From positions 32,959-96,958 of the IMG/VR virus record IMGVR_UViG_3300014205_000008: 64,000 nt of DNA. The stretch is one strand, 5' to 3'. Both the position numbers and the translations under genes were made by a program. The stretch comes from a virus. Its lineage: Duplodnaviria; Caudoviricetes. The number at the start of each line of letters is the position of its first letter. Within the stretch, counting starts at the first letter, position 1. The notes below the pieces were generated by a model, which searched no databases, had not been told where the DNA came from, and saw only the letters and a program-made list of their open reading frames with translations. Shown here piece after piece: positions 30,645 to 41,132 of the stretch.

Positions 30645-31808
30645 TTAGATAAGCTTTTTCATTGATTCAATATTTTGTTTCATTTTAGCTTTATCTACTT
30701 GGTTTTCTCTTGCAGGCGAACCCGAAGAGTATTGCTGGTCAGTTCTTAAAACGGAGTTAAGTTCTTCCATTGCTGATACCTTGGCACCAGTTTTGATTTT
30801 AGATATATCTGGTTTTAATTTCCCAGTATTATCCATATTAAATAAACCTATCTGAGTATAATAATGAAGCAGTTTTTCAAAACCTAACGGATTCCTTGCT
30901 CTAAGTTGCATAACATAATTCATTGGATTTCCGTTTGAATCAGTATCAACAACCTTAGTCATAGACTCATAGATCTTTTCTTTTTCTCTATCAGAGAGTT
31001 TTATTCCTTCAATAATACTTTCAGTTTTTGTTATATCTTCTTTTAAAGATATTAGTTTATTTTCTCTTTCTTTTTCGTAATCAATCTTTCTCTGTTTTGC
31101 AGAGGAAAGTTCTTTTTCTTCTTGTTTAGAGATATACTCTTTACTCTCGCTTAGAGCATCAATAGCTTCTTCTTCTAATTGTTCTAAATCCTCAAACTGC
31201 TGTAAACGCTTTTGTATTCTTACATCAGACATACCAAGTCGTTTATAATTTTCGGAAATAATTAATTTTTGAAGCGCTTCATCTTTACGTAAAGCATCTT
31301 CTGTGATATTGTCTAAACGAGTTTTAGTAGATTCAATATTAATCAGATTATCTAAAGGAACGTTTTCTTCATAATTTTCAATAAGTTTTCTTAACTTCTC
31401 TGGTAAATTACTTTTATAAGAATTAATATTCTTTTCAATTTCTGCTTTAATTAAACCAATCATTAATTCAGCCTGATCTTCATCAGCATTTTCAAGCTTT
31501 TCAGTATCAAGTTCTGAAAGGACACCTTTTTCGTATAGAGCATTTGCGAGGACTTTTAAAGAGGGCAAAGAAGAAGAAGAAGATTGCTTATCAGATATAG
31601 TATCCTTTCCGTCACTTGATTTATCTTCATCAACAATCACCTCATCTGATATTTCTATCAAATCAGGATTAGTTGATTCTGTATCTAATTCATTTTCTTT
31701 CTCTTTAGGAAGCCCACTTGATTCTACAATAGTTCCTGTATCAGAATCAATCATTGTATTAGAATCAAACATATCACTAAAAGACATTCCAAAATTGTTT
31801 TTTTCCAT
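30645..31808 (-). CDS. Acidic coiled-coil protein upstream of MCP (putative scaffold)
   Basis: Acidic N-terminus, LANALYEKGVL; synteny between portal and MCP. Confidence 0.6.
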   Translation of the reverse strand: MEKNNFGMSFSDMFDSNTMIDSDTGTIVESSGLPKEKENELDTESTNPDLIEISDEVIVDEDKSSDGKDTISDKQSSSSSLPSLKVLANALYEKGVLSELDTEKLENADEDQAELMIGLIKAEIEKNINSYKSNLPEKLRKLIENYEENVPLDNLINIESTKTRLDNITEDALRKDEALQKLIISENYKRLGMSDVRIQKRLQQFEDLEQLEEEAIDALSESKEYISKQEEKELSSAKQRKIDYEKERENKLISLKEDITKTESIIEGIKLSDREKEKIYESMTKVVDTDSNGNPMNYVMQLRARNPLGFEKLLHYYTQIGLFNMDNTGKLKPDISKIKTGAKVSAMEELNSVLRTDQQYSSGSPARENQVDKAKMKQNIESMKKLI

Positions 31809-31839
31809 ATTATTAATGTGTAATTTTTAGATACAATAT

Positions 31840-31870
31840 CAAAAGTAATTATAAAATCATATTTTACAAA
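31840..31870 (-). promoter_or_regulatory. Late promoter P2 for scaffold-MCP operon
   Basis: Minus strand TTTG...TACTTTTG (Bacteroidota consensus). Confidence 0.6.
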
Positions 31871-32040
31871 GAACTTTTTTTATTATATCGTTCTTTTTGT
31901 TGAATTATTATAGCTAAACATATTTTTAACTACCATTAGTTTTAAGAGTATTTACATGCAATATGGAACAATGTATTAATAATAATACAAAGTATCGTTA
32001 AATCGCATGTAAATGCCCTTAAAATTGATTTAAACAATGT

Positions 32041-32997
32041 TTATCTAGGCACGCTTGTTAAAAGCATTTTCCCTTTTGTTTTATCAATATCAGATCTTCT
32101 CCCTCTGGATATTGCTCCACATGAACATCTATATAATTTATATTTCCCTGTATTTGTATATTGAAACTTTTCTGTTTCAATAAGATTTGTACTCCCGCAA
32201 ACAGAACACACTTTAACATCTGTATCTATATATGCGGCTATATTGGGATGTGATTTAATATACGGTCTTAATATAAGATAGATTTCTTCAAGAACAAACA
32301 CATCTTGGTTATTATAGATTTGCATTTCATTTATTGCAGATTTATCTCCTTTTAAACATCTTGTCCATAAACTAAATTCTGTTTTTATTTTTCCTTCTAT
32401 CCCAAAATATTTTGCTAATGCATCAAGTTTGTTAGACGGGAACTTAAAACTACCAGAGGCAACCTTCTTTGTATCTATAGATCTTATTGGATTGTATGGA
32501 GGTAATCCATTAATAATTGCTCTTGTATTAAGAACTGGTATATCAAAATTATCACCAAAATGAGCAACAACTATATCCGCCTCATCAAACAATCTCCATA
32601 AACTTATTACAATTCTTTTATCGTCGGCACGAAGAACTTCTTCTGATGTAATAGAATCTGATAAAACATCACTGCTGTATAACCATTTTGCAGACCATGT
32701 TAACATAATTGGTTCTTGTTCAACTTGATCAAAAGATATATTGTATTTAAATCTACCAAAAGTATATGATATAGAAGGGCTTGTTTCAATATCAAATATA
32801 AGAATCTTTGGAAGTTTTTTACTAATTTGTTTATGTAATTTATTCTTTACTAATTCTTTAGCTTCATATACAATTGATTTGGAGGTGTTGTATCGTTTAG
32901 ATATTTTACCTGCGCCCATTTCTATCATATAGTGTTTAGATAAAAATTCATTACATAATGAATCAGCATCCCATATTTTATTTTTTATACGTCCCAT
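32041..32997 (-). CDS. RNase H-fold (DnaQ-like) exonuclease with C-terminal zinc ribbon
   Basis: IFDIETSP; VAHFGDNFDIP; SNKLDALA; YNNQDV; CSVCGS...RCSCG. Confidence 0.85.
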   Translation of the reverse strand: MGRIKNKIWDADSLCNEFLSKHYMIEMGAGKISKRYNTSKSIVYEAKELVKNKLHKQISKKLPKILIFDIETSPSISYTFGRFKYNISFDQVEQEPIMLTWSAKWLYSSDVLSDSITSEEVLRADDKRIVISLWRLFDEADIVVAHFGDNFDIPVLNTRAIINGLPPYNPIRSIDTKKVASGSFKFPSNKLDALAKYFGIEGKIKTEFSLWTRCLKGDKSAINEMQIYNNQDVFVLEEIYLILRPYIKSHPNIAAYIDTDVKVCSVCGSTNLIETEKFQYTNTGKYKLYRCSCGAISRGRRSDIDKTKGKMLLTSVPR

Positions 32998-33002
32998 ATT
33001 TT

Positions 33003-35381
33003 TTATTTAGTTGTAGAAGCTTTTTTCTGTTTAGCAATAACTTCCTTTGCTCTATTACTACGTTCAACCTCAGACTGTTTTCTTTTATTAATTTCAGAAT
33101 CAATCTTCATTTTTTCTTCAGCTAAAGAAATCTTCTTTTTCTCTAACTCAAGTTTGCTGTCTTCATCTGAACCACCTTGTTCAGCAGACTCACCAGACTT
33201 ACCCATAATTGCAATTGCAATCTTTGTTTCGTTATCACGAATATTCTCTCTTTCTTTTTGTTCTAATTCAGCACGTTTAACTTGTTCTGCAGCAGCAATA
33301 TTTTGTTCATTCATTTGCTGTTGAGCTTTCTGTTGCTCTTGCGCACGTTCCATTGCTTCCTGTTCTTTCTCTTCTATCTTTCTTTTCATAACAGAAATAC
33401 TAGGAGCGGTATATATATCTATAAGCCCACCAAAAGTAATCTTATCATTTTGAATTCCAGCATGGGCAAGTTGTTTCATAATCTGCATTAACTCTACAGA
33501 AGATCTTCCATCAGTAACAAAGATTCCGTATTCAGCCTCATTAATTACTTCACCATCAACATCGAGAATAGAGTATGACATATCATCCAATACATATTGT
33601 ATTTTCTTCTTATCATTCTTCCAGGCGTATTTTGCTGTATCAAGTAAAGTTTCGAGTACACGTAGTTTTGTTTCATCATGTAAAGAAAATATAGTCTCTG
33701 TAATATGAGAAGACTGATTAACAGCCCTCTCTACTCCACCTACAGTTTCTCTACTATCAATCTCTCCAAGTCTTTGATCTGGAATACCACTAATAACACC
33801 AATCTGTTTTTCTATATAATTTAACATCAATACATGATGCTGTATATAATTACCTAAATCAGGATTAAGAACTTTACCTGTAGTATTAAAACCACCAGCA
33901 AGTTTCCCTTGTGCGGCACCTCTTTTGCCTTCTTTAAATGAGTCTACAATTAAGTATCCCATGTTTTCAGCATAATGCATCCATTTTGAAGGTTCCCATC
34001 CATCAGGCATCTTAGCAAAGTCAAGTTCAATCATTGGGCCCTTAAACTTTGCAAAAGCAGATTTAATTCTATCCATAAATTCATCATATAGATATTGATA
34101 TGGTTTCATCATATCCATTAATGACTTTGTTACGGTTCCATTTATATTATATAAGGTTCCTACATATCCAGAAGAACTTGATGATTTATTAGTAAATTTT
34201 CTAAACTGAATTGGGCGAGGGCCCATCTTTACGTAAATATCATTACCTATTCTAGTACCTTCCCACCATTCAGTAATCCAAATCCATTTAACATTTTCAC
34301 CAAGCATTTTATCTGCGGTGTAGTATTCATCTACATATTTTTTATGTAAATATCCTTCATCATCATAACTCTCAACTACGCCTACTTTCCTTAATGATCT
34401 CCAGGTTACTCTTGTTATTTTAATATTCCCATCTTCATCATAAGATCTATCTACCGTTCTTATTGAAGCAGAATCATTATCAATGTCAATTAACTCACCT
34501 GTAATCGGATATGGTTCATTACCTGAATAATTTAATGTAGCTGCTTTTGAAGGACCGCCAATACCATTAGAACCACGCTCAATACGATCTATATCTTTTT
34601 CAGTTAAATGCTCATAATAACTATCTATTACGTGACCAATATTATGATAGCCGTCCTCAATAATTATATCAGCATCGTCTATTTTATTAGAATCATTTGT
34701 TCTAACTACATATAGATTTAATGGGTTTACCCTCCTAACTATTGGTTCTCCGGATACAATGTCTATATTGTAAATCTCTTCACCACTAATTAAAGCGTCT
34801 TCCATTCCTGCATTAAAAGTATATTTTAACTTTAAGTTATTCCAAAGATATTCCAGTATCTGAGAAGACATTCTTTCTCTTAAATCTTGAGAATCATAAC
34901 GTCTCCATTTTTCTATTTCTGCTAATTTCTTTTTAGCAACATCTTCAGAAAAATCATCCTTAAACACAATCTCTTTTAACTTATTGATATACTCTTCCTT
35001 AATAGAGTTTTCCTTTTCAGATACAGCATCTTCGTTAATAACTCTACACTGAAAATCAAACCTTCTATTTGCTTCTTCCCCTACAAGGAGGTTTAGCCTT
35101 GGCCTAACTAATGGATAGTCCTGAATATCTCTATCTAACCCTGGTATACCAAAAGGGTTTGTAATTTTATACATATCCTTTTTGTTAACGATACCATTAG
35201 CTAAATCATAATTAATTATCTTGTTTTCTCTATTAGATCTGAACCCATTATCTTGATTAAGTATAGTCATTTCTATCCCTGCATCAACACATTCTTTCAT
35301 AAAGGCTTCCCCCTTATACTTAATAGATCTTTTTTGATAGGGGAAAGATAATGCGCCCCTGGCTTTTCCTAAAGCTTCCAT
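33003..35381 (-). CDS. Portal protein
   Basis: INYDLANG, LNLLVGEE..R, WEGTRIG, SLMDMMKPYQYLY, QRLGEI..RETVGGVER; next to TerL. Confidence 0.9.
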   Translation of the reverse strand: MEALGKARGALSFPYQKRSIKYKGEAFMKECVDAGIEMTILNQDNGFRSNRENKIINYDLANGIVNKKDMYKITNPFGIPGLDRDIQDYPLVRPRLNLLVGEEANRRFDFQCRVINEDAVSEKENSIKEEYINKLKEIVFKDDFSEDVAKKKLAEIEKWRRYDSQDLRERMSSQILEYLWNNLKLKYTFNAGMEDALISGEEIYNIDIVSGEPIVRRVNPLNLYVVRTNDSNKIDDADIIIEDGYHNIGHVIDSYYEHLTEKDIDRIERGSNGIGGPSKAATLNYSGNEPYPITGELIDIDNDSASIRTVDRSYDEDGNIKITRVTWRSLRKVGVVESYDDEGYLHKKYVDEYYTADKMLGENVKWIWITEWWEGTRIGNDIYVKMGPRPIQFRKFTNKSSSSSGYVGTLYNINGTVTKSLMDMMKPYQYLYDEFMDRIKSAFAKFKGPMIELDFAKMPDGWEPSKWMHYAENMGYLIVDSFKEGKRGAAQGKLAGGFNTTGKVLNPDLGNYIQHHVLMLNYIEKQIGVISGIPDQRLGEIDSRETVGGVERAVNQSSHITETIFSLHDETKLRVLETLLDTAKYAWKNDKKKIQYVLDDMSYSILDVDGEVINEAEYGIFVTDGRSSVELMQIMKQLAHAGIQNDKITFGGLIDIYTAPSISVMKRKIEEKEQEAMERAQEQQKAQQQMNEQNIAAAEQVKRAELEQKERENIRDNETKIAIAIMGKSGESAEQGGSDEDSKLELEKKKISLAEEKMKIDSEINKRKQSEVERSNRAKEVIAKQKKASTTK

Positions 35382-35383
35382 AT

Positions 35384-37714
35384 TTACCAGTTTAATAAAT
35401 TGTTTTGTGCATATGATTTTTTATTATAGGTCTTTACATTATTACTAGAATAGTGACTCTTATATAATTTATCCCAAAAATCATTATTATTAACGTCTTT
35501 TACATCCTTTTTATCTCTGTCAATACTTTGAATAACTTCCTCTCTATATATCATTAACATTATCATAGCAGATATTCTATCTGCGTTAATATCTTTTGAC
35601 CAAGAGATTGATTCTTTTAATAACGCCACACTTCTAATAGTGTGCATATTCATTACACCTTCTTCTCTACCATAAGCCTCATTTAATAACCAAGATAAAT
35701 AAAGTCTTCTTCCCCACTCATTTACCTTTTCACTTGCGACCGTTCCATATTTTTTATTTCCTATAGAAGAAATTTTTGCTAAATCTGTATCACTTAAGAT
35801 TTGAGGGGTTTCTGCAAGTAAATATGTACTGTTTCTATTTTTAAAATATCCAAATAAACCCTTTTTATTCTGCTCATAATTTACTTTAGCATTATAAAAG
35901 ATTAACAATCTTCTTAATGTTTCATAATATTCTTCTGCGAGTTGGGTACGAGATGTATATTCTGCGACTATTCTATCCGTAAAAGTGTCTAAAATAAAAG
36001 ATGATTGTAACGATAGCGTTGTATTACTATTCCCATCATCATCAACTGGGTCAGTCCCAGCTATATATCTACCAGATATTATTTCCCCGTCTTTATTTGT
36101 TTTTGGCATTTCAAATATTTCAACAACTCCATCCATAGACTCTCCCGTTCTAAGAGGAAAACTTCTAATAGGATGATTAAATGAGTTTTTATATTTTACT
36201 TTACCTTCTTTATCTATAACAAATTCACCTTTCCAGGATGAATCCAATAATTTTTCATCTACTTCTAATTCAGATAATATAAATTTAAGATCTTCAACAG
36301 GGAAGAAATTTCCAGATCTTTTAAGAAACATCTCTGAAGGAACAATAGGATAGGATAATATCTCTAATGTAATGGCTGATTGAGACTTAGCTTTTCTACG
36401 CTTCTCTCTACGTTTGTTAATAAACCTTAACGCAGCATCTACATCTGTATTACCATTCTCATCTTTGTATTGATTTAGTGCATAGTATGCAGGAACAAAC
36501 CATCCTATCTTTCCTTTATTCTCCCATATATCATCAAATGCTAAGAAATCAAATCCCTCTGGGTCTCTAAATATAATCTCTGACTCTACAATTTTTTCCA
36601 TGTTCCCGCCAGTACCTAAATAAACAGACGATCCAAACTTAACAGTTCCTTCAAGTTGAGTAGCGTTGTTAGAACCAGTAACCGTAAGAACGTTAGACAA
36701 TAACCCAACCTCCTCTATAATCATTACTGTATACCTACCACCTGCTGCTGCTTCCGGGTTTTCTGTCGTATAAATACCATGTTTTATTGCAGAACCACTA
36801 CCATATTTTTTCCATTTACCATTGATTTTCTTTTCGTACTCATGTCTCCAAGGGTTCTTAATGTTGTTAGGTTCTAAACTACCCGCCATTTCCTTATACA
36901 ATGGTGTAGGTATTTCTTGATCAGTGCCTTTCATCCATGTACCAGGAAGTTCATTCATACAAAGAACTGTCTTGGAAAGAATCTCTGAAGATTTTGAGGA
37001 CACGGCTGCCCCTACAAAGATTTCTATTAAAGCTGGGTTTTGAATTGATTCTTCATTATATATTTTAGCACCATCAGTTAATAACTCATGTGCTGCTACT
37101 CCATCTCCTACGCTATAAGATTTACCAAAACCCCTAGCCCCCAACATGAAAAGATTTTTCGCTTCATTCATGTATATAGGGATGCCAAGGGGTTTAGTAA
37201 ATAGTTGTCTTAGATAAACTCTTGCTGGTACAAAGGTCTTAAGTTGACCATTCTTCTTAAAGCAAGTTTTGTCTAATTCAGCATCTTCATCTTCTTCATT
37301 ATGTTTTTTTACATTTATATTACATGTAATCTCATCATCATCGTAAAAGCCACTAAAACCTCGTGCTTCTAACCAGTTGTAAAAGAACTCCCATTCTATA
37401 TCTCTAAGCAATGGTCGTATTCTCTTCTTAGGAGCTGTTTTAGGAGACCCTTCTGGCGTATGAAGGATTGTGCCATAGTTAACATAAAAGTATAACTGAG
37501 GTGGCATATAACGCCATTTAGAAGTATTTATATCTAAAGAATTTTCATGTACATCATAATTCTTTATGTCTGCATCATCAGGGCCCCAAAACCCTTCTAT
37601 AATTTTCTTTTTTTCTTTTCTCCAAAAATTAATATACCTTATGCTAGCAGGATGTATAGATGGTATTGTATGAAGTAGAAAGTTTGACCTGTTGTTTATC
37701 CTAATGAAATCCAT
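35384..37714 (-). CDS. terL: Terminase large subunit
   Basis: Walker A LGARGFGKS; Walker B MIIEEVG; GTGG; nuclease YIAGTDPVDDD ... NADRISA. Confidence 0.92.
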   Translation of the reverse strand: MDFIRINNRSNFLLHTIPSIHPASIRYINFWRKEKKKIIEGFWGPDDADIKNYDVHENSLDINTSKWRYMPPQLYFYVNYGTILHTPEGSPKTAPKKRIRPLLRDIEWEFFYNWLEARGFSGFYDDDEITCNINVKKHNEEDEDAELDKTCFKKNGQLKTFVPARVYLRQLFTKPLGIPIYMNEAKNLFMLGARGFGKSYSVGDGVAAHELLTDGAKIYNEESIQNPALIEIFVGAAVSSKSSEILSKTVLCMNELPGTWMKGTDQEIPTPLYKEMAGSLEPNNIKNPWRHEYEKKINGKWKKYGSGSAIKHGIYTTENPEAAAGGRYTVMIIEEVGLLSNVLTVTGSNNATQLEGTVKFGSSVYLGTGGNMEKIVESEIIFRDPEGFDFLAFDDIWENKGKIGWFVPAYYALNQYKDENGNTDVDAALRFINKRREKRRKAKSQSAITLEILSYPIVPSEMFLKRSGNFFPVEDLKFILSELEVDEKLLDSSWKGEFVIDKEGKVKYKNSFNHPIRSFPLRTGESMDGVVEIFEMPKTNKDGEIISGRYIAGTDPVDDDGNSNTTLSLQSSFILDTFTDRIVAEYTSRTQLAEEYYETLRRLLIFYNAKVNYEQNKKGLFGYFKNRNSTYLLAETPQILSDTDLAKISSIGNKKYGTVASEKVNEWGRRLYLSWLLNEAYGREEGVMNMHTIRSVALLKESISWSKDINADRISAMIMLMIYREEVIQSIDRDKKDVKDVNNNDFWDKLYKSHYSSNNVKTYNKKSYAQNNLLNW

Positions 37715-37725
37715 AGTTATCTGAT

Positions 37726-38268
37726 TTATACTTCTTTACGTTCTCCAGCGCTTTCTACCCTCCCTCCTTTTGCAATTCCTCCAGACTCTTCATTCTCTTC
37801 TTTCTCCACTTGAACTTCAAGTTTTTGCATCATTCCAAACAGTTTGTCTGTATTAGCAATAATGTTATCCAGATCTTTTGCATTATCAAGTGTATAAGGA
37901 ACAGATTTTAAGAACTCTTCTCTTTCCTCCATTTTTTCTTTTAGAAACAATAAAGATCTTTTAAATTTAGTAAATTGTGTTTCCCTATAAAACTCGATAA
38001 GGTCTACATATTTTTTCCATTCAAAAGACTCATCTCTAATAAATTCTTCAGCTATAATTGTTTGTTTATCTTTTATAGGAAAATTTCTTAATTTATTCTC
38101 CTTGCTATCATCAACAAGCAGAGATATTGCCCACATCACTTTACTAGATGCCGCCTTACCTCTGCTCGTATCACTTCTATAAAATTTAGCAAACTTACCA
38201 AGAATTTTAAATATCGTATTAACTTCCCAAAAGTTAGTGTCTATATTAAAATTAGATAATATGCTCAT
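37726..38268 (-). CDS. Conserved protein upstream of TerL (possible small terminase)
   Basis: D.SRGK..SSKVMWAI; helical C-terminus; position. Confidence 0.45.
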   Translation of the reverse strand: MSILSNFNIDTNFWEVNTIFKILGKFAKFYRSDTSRGKAASSKVMWAISLLVDDSKENKLRNFPIKDKQTIIAEEFIRDESFEWKKYVDLIEFYRETQFTKFKRSLLFLKEKMEEREEFLKSVPYTLDNAKDLDNIIANTDKLFGMMQKLEVQVEKEENEESGGIAKGGRVESAGERKEV

Positions 38269-38278
38269 TATTATTTAT

Positions 38279-38512
38279 TTAAAAAAGTTTAGTTAAAACT
38301 AATCTGTTTTCAACTTTATGTTTCGACAATGCGATACATTCATAAAATCCATTATGTTTATCTGTTACAATAACATCAATTTTAATTGATTTATCTTCGT
38401 TAAATAGATTTATAACAGTATACACTTCAAGATTTTGTTTACTTTCAATATAAATAATAGAACCTTTTTTTATCTTAAGATCCGCCTCTCCCTGTACTTT
38501 AATTTGATCCAT
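38279..38512 (-). CDS. Hypothetical protein
   Basis: Likely start MDQIKV. Confidence 0.45.
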   Translation of the reverse strand: MDQIKVQGEADLKIKKGSIIYIESKQNLEVYTVINLFNEDKSIKIDVIVTDKHNGFYECIALSKHKVENRLVLTKLF

Positions 38513-38747
38513 CTTCTTCTTTATTAAAATGTGTTTTTCCCCAGTCTCTCCTCTTTTGCGAGACAAAGAACATCCCCAAATTTGGGAACCTATAATTTTT
38601 ATAATCTAATTCTGGTCTAGTAGCTTCGCTTACAATGTTTCTAAAAAACTTAAATTGACTTTCAATTAAATCTTTCATTTGCACATCAACTAACCCAAAT
38701 TCTAAACCTAACCTATGTATTAAATCAGCAGTAGTTTTACTTCTCAT
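38499..38747 (-). CDS. HU/IHF-like protein
   Basis: LIESQFKF...YRFPNLGMFFV; likely start MRSKTT. Confidence 0.55.
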   Translation of the reverse strand: MRSKTTADLIHRLGLEFGLVDVQMKDLIESQFKFFRNIVSEATRPELDYKNYRFPNLGMFFVSQKRRDWGKTHFNKEEDGSN

Positions 38748-38748
38748 A

Positions 38749-38973
38749 TTACCAATCTGCTTCTTGTACAATACCTTTTCTGATATAAAGCAAAGTTTCT
38801 TCTTCTTCTCCCTCTTTGATTATATGCTCTAATTGTCTTTTTGTTTTGGCTGCGATATTTATAACGTATTGTCGCTCACCAGGAGTGTCTTTATACTTAT
38901 TATTAATAACATTAAATAATTCTGTTATTAATAACAACAAGTGTTTTAAAAATCTTATATCTATTTGTATCAT
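38749..38973 (-). CDS. Hypothetical protein
   Basis: Tightly packed in operon. Confidence 0.5.
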   Translation of the reverse strand: MIQIDIRFLKHLLLLITELFNVINNKYKDTPGERQYVINIAAKTKRQLEHIIKEGEEEETLLYIRKGIVQEADW

Positions 38974-38976
38974 ACG

Positions 38977-39336
38977 TTATATTTTAAAAGCAATCAAAAG
39001 GTTATTATGTGTGTCATAAAAAATCTCATATATAGGATTAATCGTGTTTCCAAGTAATAACCCTTTCTTTCTCAAAGAAGTAAACTGATTGTCTAAAGAC
39101 GCTCTTGATATGTTTATATTTTGTAATATTTTACTTCTTGTTATTTTATTAAATAGTACAAGATTTCTTTCTTCTTTTTCTAAATTCTTATATTCATTAT
39201 TCCAAAATAATAATTCAGCAAACACCTTAATCTCAACATTTGTGATGCCTATAAAAGGATTTGTTATTGTAATATATTTAAAAAAGAAATCTCTTTTATT
39301 TTCACATTTGATATTAATTGTCTTCATAATCATCAT
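38977..39336 (-). CDS. Winged-helix DNA-binding protein
   Basis: ITNVEIKVFAEL...RSKILQNINISRASLDNQFTSLRKKGLL...INP. Confidence 0.6.
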   Translation of the reverse strand: MMIMKTINIKCENKRDFFFKYITITNPFIGITNVEIKVFAELLFWNNEYKNLEKEERNLVLFNKITRSKILQNINISRASLDNQFTSLRKKGLLLGNTINPIYEIFYDTHNNLLIAFKI

Positions 39337-39496
39337 CTAAAATTATACTCATATCAGGATCTTCGTCTACAGGAAAGAAATCTTCTTCTTCTAAATCCAT
39401 ATCAGCAATTGCATAAAAAGCAGCGTCTATTGATATTGGATACTTCTCTAAATGTTCTTTAAGAACAATCTTTTGTATTTCTTTTTGATCCATCAT
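39314..39496 (-). CDS. Small acidic protein
   Basis: 60 aa, D/E-rich tail. Confidence 0.45.
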   Translation of the reverse strand: MMDQKEIQKIVLKEHLEKYPISIDAAFYAIADMDLEEEDFFPVDEDPDMSIILDDDYEDN

Positions 39497-39508
39497 AATA
39501 TTGCCTTT

Positions 39509-39796
39509 CTACTCCTCTGCCTGTGTGACTTCTGTCTCAGGCGATTCATCATTGCTTGTTTCTAATTCATCTTCTAAATCAGGCCCACTATCTTCTTGTT
39601 TTCCTTTTACAAAAGTTTTGACTGGGGTAATATCCATGTTAATACGTGTAATTAACTCCATTGATTGATATACAGGCATTAATGATAAAAATCCTAATGC
39701 TTGATTCAATAAGTTTGTACTAATTTCAAATCTTTCAGGTAGCTGCGCTCCTGTACGTTTGTTATAGTTTCTTTTATTATCTTTTTTGTGATGCAT
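39509..39796 (-). CDS. Hypothetical protein
   Basis: L..ALGFL..MP..Q...LI..I core, acidic tail. Confidence 0.55.
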   Translation of the reverse strand: MHHKKDNKRNYNKRTGAQLPERFEISTNLLNQALGFLSLMPVYQSMELITRINMDITPVKTFVKGKQEDSGPDLEDELETSNDESPETEVTQAEE

Positions 39797-39808
39797 AGTA
39801 TTATATTT

Positions 39809-40120
39809 TTAAATGTTAATAGGACCTCTTCTACGTAATGGGATTATTCCATCAATTACGAAAAAATATGTTTCCTTTAATTTTCTATTTGTTACTCCGT
39901 GAATAATTTTTAAGTTAGCTAGATTACAAAAGATTTCATCTCCTATTGTTAAATCTGTATTAACCGTTTCTCCTACGTCATACACAAAGTATTGATAATC
40001 ATCTGCATAATATTCTGCATCTTTGCTTACAACTTTAATTGCTTTATTTGCTACTTCAGGCCTAAGTATTGCCTTTAAGATAACAACATCTCCTCGTGGA
40101 GCCCAATTCATTTCTTCCAT
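39809..40120 (-). CDS. GroES-like co-chaperonin
   Basis: WAPRGDVVIL...VYDVGETV...LTIGDEIF...FFVIDG.I follows GroES strand pattern. Confidence 0.55.
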   Translation of the reverse strand: MEEMNWAPRGDVVILKAILRPEVANKAIKVVSKDAEYYADDYQYFVYDVGETVNTDLTIGDEIFCNLANLKIIHGVTNRKLKETYFFVIDGIIPLRRRGPINI

Positions 40121-40155
40121 CTTCTTCTTCTTTTTTAATTAAATTATTTCTTATA

Positions 40156-40446
40156 TTATAGTTTCTCAAACGTTTTACCGCTTTCTGTCATGATGAAATA
40201 AGAATAGGTCTTATTTTTCTCATTATTCTCAATGAACCAAACAGTATCATTTTCTGCGCATATTAACGCCCTGACATTTGTCTTTTCTGATTCTGGGAAC
40301 ATAGATTTCATTATTTCATCAAATTCTTTTGTAACTCCTTTTTTTAAAATTGAATAGGCATTGCCTAACCCAAAGTTTTCAATTACTTGCTCAAATGGAG
40401 CGTTTTCGTTTTCACGAGTTTCCTCAATAATTCTTAATGTATACAT
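40156..40446 (-). CDS. Hypothetical protein
   Basis: MYTLRII...NFGLGNAY...YFIMTESGKTFEKL. Confidence 0.65.
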   Translation of the reverse strand: MYTLRIIEETRENENAPFEQVIENFGLGNAYSILKKGVTKEFDEIMKSMFPESEKTNVRALICAENDTVWFIENNEKNKTYSYFIMTESGKTFEKL

Positions 40447-40465
40447 ATATATATATTTATAATTT

Positions 40466-40498
40466 AAAAAAATGTCTAGGCAGCCATATTCCTAGACG
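40466..40498 (-). terminator. Terminator in leader downstream of P3
   Basis: CGTCTAGG-AATATGGCTG-CCTAGACA followed by T7. Confidence 0.65.
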
Positions 40499-40596
40499 TG
40501 TCGCTTTTGGTTTTGTGATGTCTGGATGCGCTTAACCAGTAACCAGGATCTGGCTTAATTCGTATTTAGTGTAATTAGTCCTTTTTCCTTACGATA

Positions 40597-40631
40597 CAAA
40601 GATACAACATTTTTAATCGTTTGTCAAGTGT
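40597..40631 (-). promoter_or_regulatory. Late promoter P3
   Basis: ACACTTGAC-N18-TATCTTTG. Confidence 0.8.
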
Positions 40632-40634
40632 TTT

Positions 40635-41075
40635 CTAACTTTTTTTATTATTATTTTTATAGTATAACCTTAATATCTTGTTTTCCAGTTCACTAGGCGT
40701 CATATTAAATGTTGCTTTATTTTTTATCCTGAGTACAAGTATTGAAGATTTTTCCAACCATCTCTTTCTTTTAGCTTCTTTAAGTTTAATTTCTTTACCT
40801 AAATGAGAGTCACCATCAACTTCAATCATCATCATATATTTAGGTAAATAAAAATCCGCTATAACAAAATACCATTCATCAAACTCTGGATATTGAAAAA
40901 TATATTCATAACCAAGTTTATCTAATAACATCATTACTCTTTCTTCAGACTTGGTAATATTAATACGAAGTTCTTTAACCCGTCTTTCTGCGAGTTGAGC
41001 ACGCTCTATTAAATCCGTAGGTGGATATGTCTTTTTGTACTTTCTTGTCTTTGACTTCTTGCTTATTAATTTCAT
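40635..41075 (-). CDS. DUF559 / Vsr-like PD-(D/E)xK endonuclease
   Basis: TKSEER...FQYP....IADFYLP...IEVDGDSH...VLRIKN. Confidence 0.8.
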   Translation of the reverse strand: MKLISKKSKTRKYKKTYPPTDLIERAQLAERRVKELRINITKSEERVMMLLDKLGYEYIFQYPEFDEWYFVIADFYLPKYMMMIEVDGDSHLGKEIKLKEAKRKRWLEKSSILVLRIKNKATFNMTPSELENKILRLYYKNNNKKS

Positions 41076-41132
41076 ATTCTTTCCATTTTAACTTAATCCA
41101 ATCCTCGTATTCGTTTAGTTCTTTCGTTATAT

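Noticed and set aside
29147-37714. Introns or inteins in MCP, portal or TerL
   Set aside because: ORFs are continuous, of expected size, and no intein splice motifs were noticed
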